A DNA stretch of 64,000 nucleotides from Lepidodermella squamata (Eukaryota; Animalia; Gastrotricha), in the NCBI GenBank assembly GCA_047495785.1, contig JBLDXI010000030.1, positions 806,001 to 870,000 on the forward strand. Direction: 5' to 3'. Shown here piece after piece: positions 58,691-64,000 of the stretch (its first letter is position 1; each line of letters starts with the position of its first letter). The position numbers and the translations under genes were made by a program. Below the pieces are notes generated by a model that saw only the letters and a list, made by a program, of their open reading frames with translations, did not search any database and was not told the origin of the DNA.

Positions 58691-59308
58691 ATTCTGGCGA
58701 CACCAAATTCAAGACTCGAAACATCATGGATTGCTCAGGAATCGATTTGATAAACTGTGAATTTTCGATTGTTGCGCCAAAACGTGGGTCTAGTGTCTAA
58801 TAATTGGGTCCAATTCTCAGGCAGGGTGCGAAGTACAGGGCGGTGCTGGTGCTGGGGTGTCGCGACACCTCAGCTCCGAGGAAGGCTGAAAAAACCATAG
58901 GTGGGACCCTTTGGTTACTTCGACTGGGTCCTAGAAAACAAGCAGAACTCCCGGATCCTACTTCGCACACTGGTCTGTATCCTGGCTCTAATCCAACTCT
59001 CAACACTTATTATAGTCGGCCAATCAGCTGGGAGCTGCGTTTATAAGGGAGTCAGTGCGATAAATGCTTTGATTGGCTGTAAACTTTAAACATTGATCCT
59101 CATTGGTTGACTTGCCAACTATTTTGCTTGTACCGCGGTCATACCCGGCGGGTATGAGCTGTAAAAGGTCAACTGCCGGGTATGGTACCAACCATACCCA
59201 CCACCATATTCCACACTGAATCCAAATTTTTCACAGCTTTTTCGAATTGATTCCTGTGCAATCCATGATGTTTTGAATCATGAATTTGAATCATTATTTC
59301 GCCAGAAT
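58691..59308. mobile_element. Degenerate foldback element with a nested MITE (58822-58972)
   Basis: ~70-bp imperfect inverted repeats (ATTCTGGCGA...AAACATCATGGATTGC.CAGGAATC...CTGTGAA). Nested element ends CAGGGTGCGAAGTA / TACTTCGCACACTG. Confidence 0.6.
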
Positions 59309-59441
59309 AATATATAGAGGACACAACTTTAGCCGTTTTCCCTGATGGTGATTTTAATTAGGGTTTTTCGAGACATTCAGTGATTTTCTTTAGAGCTTTC
59401 CCGCCCTACCTGGGCAGTCCAGGTATTTTGATTATTTGGCA

Positions 59442-60861
59442 TTAATTCGTAACAATCATCAAATAAATCAAAACAGAATCCGCAACCAGGAAGAAGAGGA
59501 ATATGAATGAAGCAATCGCAATGTCGATAGCTCGGATGAGTCGAAGTTGAGGAAAGCGGCTGAGACGGGCTCTGAAGGTCTTCATCTCGCATAAAGTACA
59601 GGCGATCATCATGTAGACAGTCACAACGCAGCTCGAGGCCATTTTCATAGAAACCATAACGACTAGGTATACGGTCTCAGATGTTTGAGGAATGAGTTGG
59701 AAAATCATGGTTACAGTTACAGCAAAGGCGAGAACTGCTGTCATACTAAGTGCGGGTCGGTCTGAAAGATTGGGTGGCAGAGCAAGGGTTAGGACATTAA
59801 GGAAGAATAGAGAGAAAACTGGGATGAAAATGTTACAGACATAGTAATCATACTGGCGTTGGAACTGTATGGATAAAGTCAGCCTCGAGAATTGCAAGCC
59901 GCCAAATTTTGTTACATTTTCAGAGCCGTGCCAGACTTTCATGATCTTCCAGATCTCCGTATCATCGAGAAAGGTGGATTGGGCTGACTCATCGATTCCG
60001 TAGCCTGTTACCTCGAGCGTGACTTGATCGATGATGTCCGTTGATTCGAAAACGTATTCACATTCCATTTTATCAACTATGGTAATAAAGATCTCAGGAA
60101 TACATCTTTAATAAATGTGAGTGAACTAACATGGGAAGGTGTGGAATCGAAAGCTGCTACAATAAGAAGAGAAAACATCTCGCATAAACCACTTCGCCCG
60201 AGCAGCAGGTTGATAGAACGGTTGAATTACGATATCAGGCATGTTCTCACTTTTATGGTATGTATTTCATATAACGGTTTTACAATCACGATTCACTGAA
60301 TTCTAACCTTTCATACGGACGGAAGGCTTTGACGGCATTTTCGTGCGTGATTTGAGGCCGCCATATATCGCGAGCTGGAATTTTCAGACTATCGTACTTC
60401 GTGTTGCATATCTCGGAATCGGTACCGGCGAGTTCGGGACAATCAATCACGCAAGGAAATGCCCAGTAGGCGCAAATACTCACATAAACGGATAGCCTTG
60501 GAAAATCAAAATCATAAAATATAATAGCAAATTATTAATGGGGTGTGTGAAAATCAAATTCTATCGTTTTCATTGATATTAGCATAAAAAAGTCCGAATT
60601 TCCAAAATTTAACTCAACTTACGATTTTCGAAGGTCGTCAACTCCAATGAATCTGAGCATGTAAAAAGTCAGGTTGACCCGAACAGGAGTCGTGAAATCG
60701 GATTGCAGGAGAACATTGATAGGCAGTTGTTTCGATTTGATAAGAGAGCATTTTTCAAGAATCTTCTCCTCAAAAGCCTCCATTGTCATATTAGTCGCAG
60801 CTCTGACAGGAGACGCGAAAAGCAACAAAGCTTGGACAATTCTTAAAGAAAAATGAATCAT
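59442..60861 (-). CDS. Divergent Cys-loop subunit B9 (3 introns; recent duplicate of B8)
   Basis: Same exon structure as B8 and a near-identical TM region. Loop CSSFRFHTFPFDKMEC. Confidence 0.85.
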
Positions 60862-61067
60862 TTCTCAAGGAAACGGACAGATTTTCTGCTGAATGATATG
60901 ATGATGTTAATTTCCGAGAGCGAAAGCTGATTACACAAATCAGGCATCTTAGCCGTTACCACAGCGAAAACACGTTTAGTCACGAGAGTTCATTTATTTA
61001 CTATTTACTTTGGCATAACATATTGCTTAGAAATTGACTCTTAGTGTTATCTTGATTACATCTAAAT

Positions 61068-62397
61068 TCATTCGAACATTTTTTTCATCAGAACAACATC
61101 TATCACGCCGAAAGCCGCAAGCCAAGCGATAGTAGCGAAGAAGTCCAGAATTCGTACTTTCGTCATTCCACCAATGCAATTCGTTTTAGCCTCGCCCCAT
61201 TCAGTTCTTGCCAGGGTACAAGTTGCCATCATGTAGATAGTCAAGATACAGCTACCGGCGAATTTCGATGAGATCATTATTACCATATAGACTGTCTCAG
61301 ACGTTTGGGGAATTATATCGCCAATCATTGAAATTACTACGGAATATGACAGGACGACCGTCATACTCAAGGCGGGTCTATCCGGCAGTCTTGGTGGTAG
61401 AATGATAGCAGCAGTATTAATGATGAATAGGATGAAAACAGGAAGGAGGACGCTATTCACGTAATACATGTACTTGCGGCCGAATTCGACGGTGAATACC
61501 ATTCTGATAATATGAAGCCCGCCGTAAGCCGTGACGTTGAACTTCTCAGAGTCGTATCGGTTGAACTGCCAAACATCCGAACTCCCGATAAAGTCATCCG
61601 CCGCAGCGTCGTCGACTCCGAAGAATGAAATGTAGAAATCGAGATACTCCGCGACATCATCCGATTCGATTGTCATTTGGCATTCGAGGGAATCGACTGA
61701 AATTTGAGTGAATAATTGGATGATAGCTGAAATCAGATGTTGTAACTTACAGGGAAATTTTTTGAAGCTGAACGTGTCACACCGAGATGACATGACTTGA
61801 TTTGTCCACCAATAGCCCGTTGCAAATGGTTTTGTGAATGGTACACTCACTACGTCCAGTTTGATAGGGCTGGAAAACAAGATTTTAACCCGAGAAACCA
61901 TAAATTCTCTAGGATATTACTATTCCATGAGTCTGAACGTCTCAAGGGCGTTGACATGGACGAGCCAAGGATGCCAGACCTCATTCGACTTGAATGTAAA
62001 GTGCTTGTAGGACATTTTGTCGCAGTAACCAGCTCCATCAGCCCCGAGAACGGCATAGCAATCCAAGGCGCACGGGTAATACCACGAGAGAGATATGTCA
62101 ATGTACAAATCCATGCTGAAAGTTTATTACATGAGATGTTTTAAGCACGAGCCAATGGCTTTCTTACGTCTGATCGACATCATCGATTCCAACGAATTTC
62201 AGGAGAGAAAATGAAACGTTGACAACCATAGGCGAGACGAAATTGTTCGCTATTAACGAATCGGCTGGTAATTGAGGGGATTTTAGTGCTGGGCAAGCTG
62301 CTACGACAGCATTTTTGTACTGTTGCACTTTGGTTAGATTGTCTTGCTCAGACAATCCAATTGCACAAAAAATCAAAATCGAAAGAGACTTTAACAT
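61068..62397 (-). CDS. Divergent Cys-loop subunit B10 (3 introns)
   Basis: KFVGIDDVDQT, VWHPWLVHVN, spliced CDTFSFKKFPFDSLEC, PDRPALS, 4TM. Confidence 0.85.
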
Positions 62398-62415
62398 TTT
62401 ATTTTACTTCAAGCT

Positions 62416-63809
62416 TCAAGGTTTGATAACAGAGGAAAAGCCTGAATCAAAGCTCTGGCTAGTCATTAATAGGATGAGAATCCCGTCGAAAATAACGAAA
62501 AATAAACAGGTGAAAAACGCGACAAGGCCATCCAACAGCCTAATTACCGTAACATCACGCCAGCAGAAAACTTGTTTGATTATCGTTTGCGGGCTCTCAG
62601 AACGAGCCCAGGCGCAGGTGATTATCATGTAGATAGTTAACAAGCAGGAGGCGGCGAATTTCGTTGAAACCATCAAAACCATGTAAACAAGCTCGGATGT
62701 TTGCGGGATTTGTTGAAAAATCATTGAAATCGTGACAGAAAATGCTAGCAGGGCTGTCATGCTCATGACAGGCCGGTCGGGTATTTTTGCTGGTAGGACC
62801 AGCGAGAAGATGGCCAGGATAAGCAGGCCAAGAGTTGGGACGAAAATGTAGAAAATGTAATAGTTGCATTTACGTTGATAGGTCGTGATGAAATACAACC
62901 GGCGATAGTGGTTATCGCCGTACTTTGACACATTTTCCGTGCGAGTTTTGAATCCGCCGAGGGTCCAAACGTCAGTATCGTCTATGAACGAGTCGATGGC
63001 AGAGTTGTCCAGGCCGAAAAAGGTGATGTTGTAGTCAACAACTTCAATGATTTCGTCCGATTCCAAAACGATTTCACACTCCAAAATATCGACTGTAAAA
63101 TTTCGCGAAATTAATTAAGGAGGAATTTTCTATTCAATAAGGCTTACATGGGAATTTTTGAAATTCGAAATTGTCGCAGTAGGATGCAAAGACTTGTCGA
63201 CTTTCCCACGACGCTGTTGCGTATGGCTGAGAAAATGGGGTTATCTCGATATCAGTGTTTGCCCTGATGAAACAAATATCTCAATGAATCTCTATCAAAT
63301 CTTCAAAAATGCTCACGTTTCCAAGGGACGAAAATTCGATATTGCATTGTCATGAATTATGCCAGGATTCCAAACGTTTTCGGCTGGCACTGTGAACTGC
63401 TTGTCACTCATGAATCTGCAGTACGCGTTGTCTTTCGTGAAAAGACTTTCACACTGCAGCTGGCATGGAAACTCCCAAATAACTCGCAGGACTCCGTAGA
63501 CGTAAGAACTATGGTTCAAAAATTGCACAATATTCTCTATCAAGCTGAGGCGAAGACTTACGATTTTTCCAAATCATTGATGTCGACGTAGCGAAACAGT
63601 GAGATTGAGACATTTCCGATGAATCGCTTCTTGCCTTCGTTTTTGATGAATGCATTGCCGGGTAGCTGTTGCGAAATCATGTAAGGACATTTTTCGAATA
63701 TAGCGTTTCGATGCGTTTCAAACGGCAAATCGGGATCTCTCGCACTTGCATCGTCATTAGCGGCGGCCAAACTCGAGACTGAAGTTAGAAGGAAGAAAAA
63801 GTGTAACAT
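62416..63809 (-). CDS. Divergent Cys-loop subunit B11 (3 introns)
   Basis: RYVDINDLEKS, VWNPGIIHDN, spliced CDNFEFQKFPFDILEC, PDRPVMS, 4TM. Confidence 0.85.
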
Positions 63810-64000
63810 GGCTGCTTTTAAACTGTTGAATGGGACTGAAAAATCTGCTGAATGACTGATATTCTGTCACTGAAATCTCGGCTAGCGAGTACAATAACCA
63901 TGTTTGTATATCATTTTCAACTCCGCATTTAGATCTTTGTCAAAACATTCGAGAGACATGTTCGTTGAAATTAACGAAGCAAACAAGGTTTCCTCTTCAT

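Noticed and set aside
42694-63809. Naming the subunits as nAChR alpha, 5-HT3 or GABA-A orthologs
   Set aside because: Diagnostic binding residues are missing and divergence is too high, so no gene symbols were assigned.

Overview
Gene-dense, compact eukaryotic (metazoan, invertebrate-like) DNA in the standard code, with mostly 45-60 nt GT-AG introns. The species cannot be assigned from sequence alone. The window is a receptor island dominated by two arrays of very divergent pentameric ligand-gated ion channel (Cys-loop) genes. Array A (1-26.3 kb, minus strand) has four genes plus one relic. When the exons are spliced by hand, each encodes a chimeric subunit. The long form is signal peptide, sushi-like, EGF x2, CUB-like x2, EGF, CUB-like, RKKR/KAKR site, CUB-like, Thr/Ser mucin stalk, Cys-loop domain and 4TM. 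The copy at the left edge is a shorter form. Array B (42.7-63.8 kb) has 11 compact subunits (one disabled by an in-frame TGA-TGA insertion) plus a fragment. These have a non-canonical C-x14-C loop, four extra cysteines, no loop-B Trp or vicinal Cys and almost no M3-M4 loop. Interspersed are four orphan GABA-B-like class C GPCRs, a GPI-anchored Ly6/three-finger gene and its pseudogene, a small secreted peptide, a HOGA1-like aldolase lacking its catalytic lysine, a secreted PLCXD, a FAM111-like protease and two PPxY membrane proteins. Non-coding features are a 178-bp satellite, a tRNA-Asp-derived element and several MITEs. The best candidate for an undescribed system is the CUB/EGF/mucin-stalk Cys-loop channel family within a putative sensory receptor cluster. 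All gene models are manual and untested.
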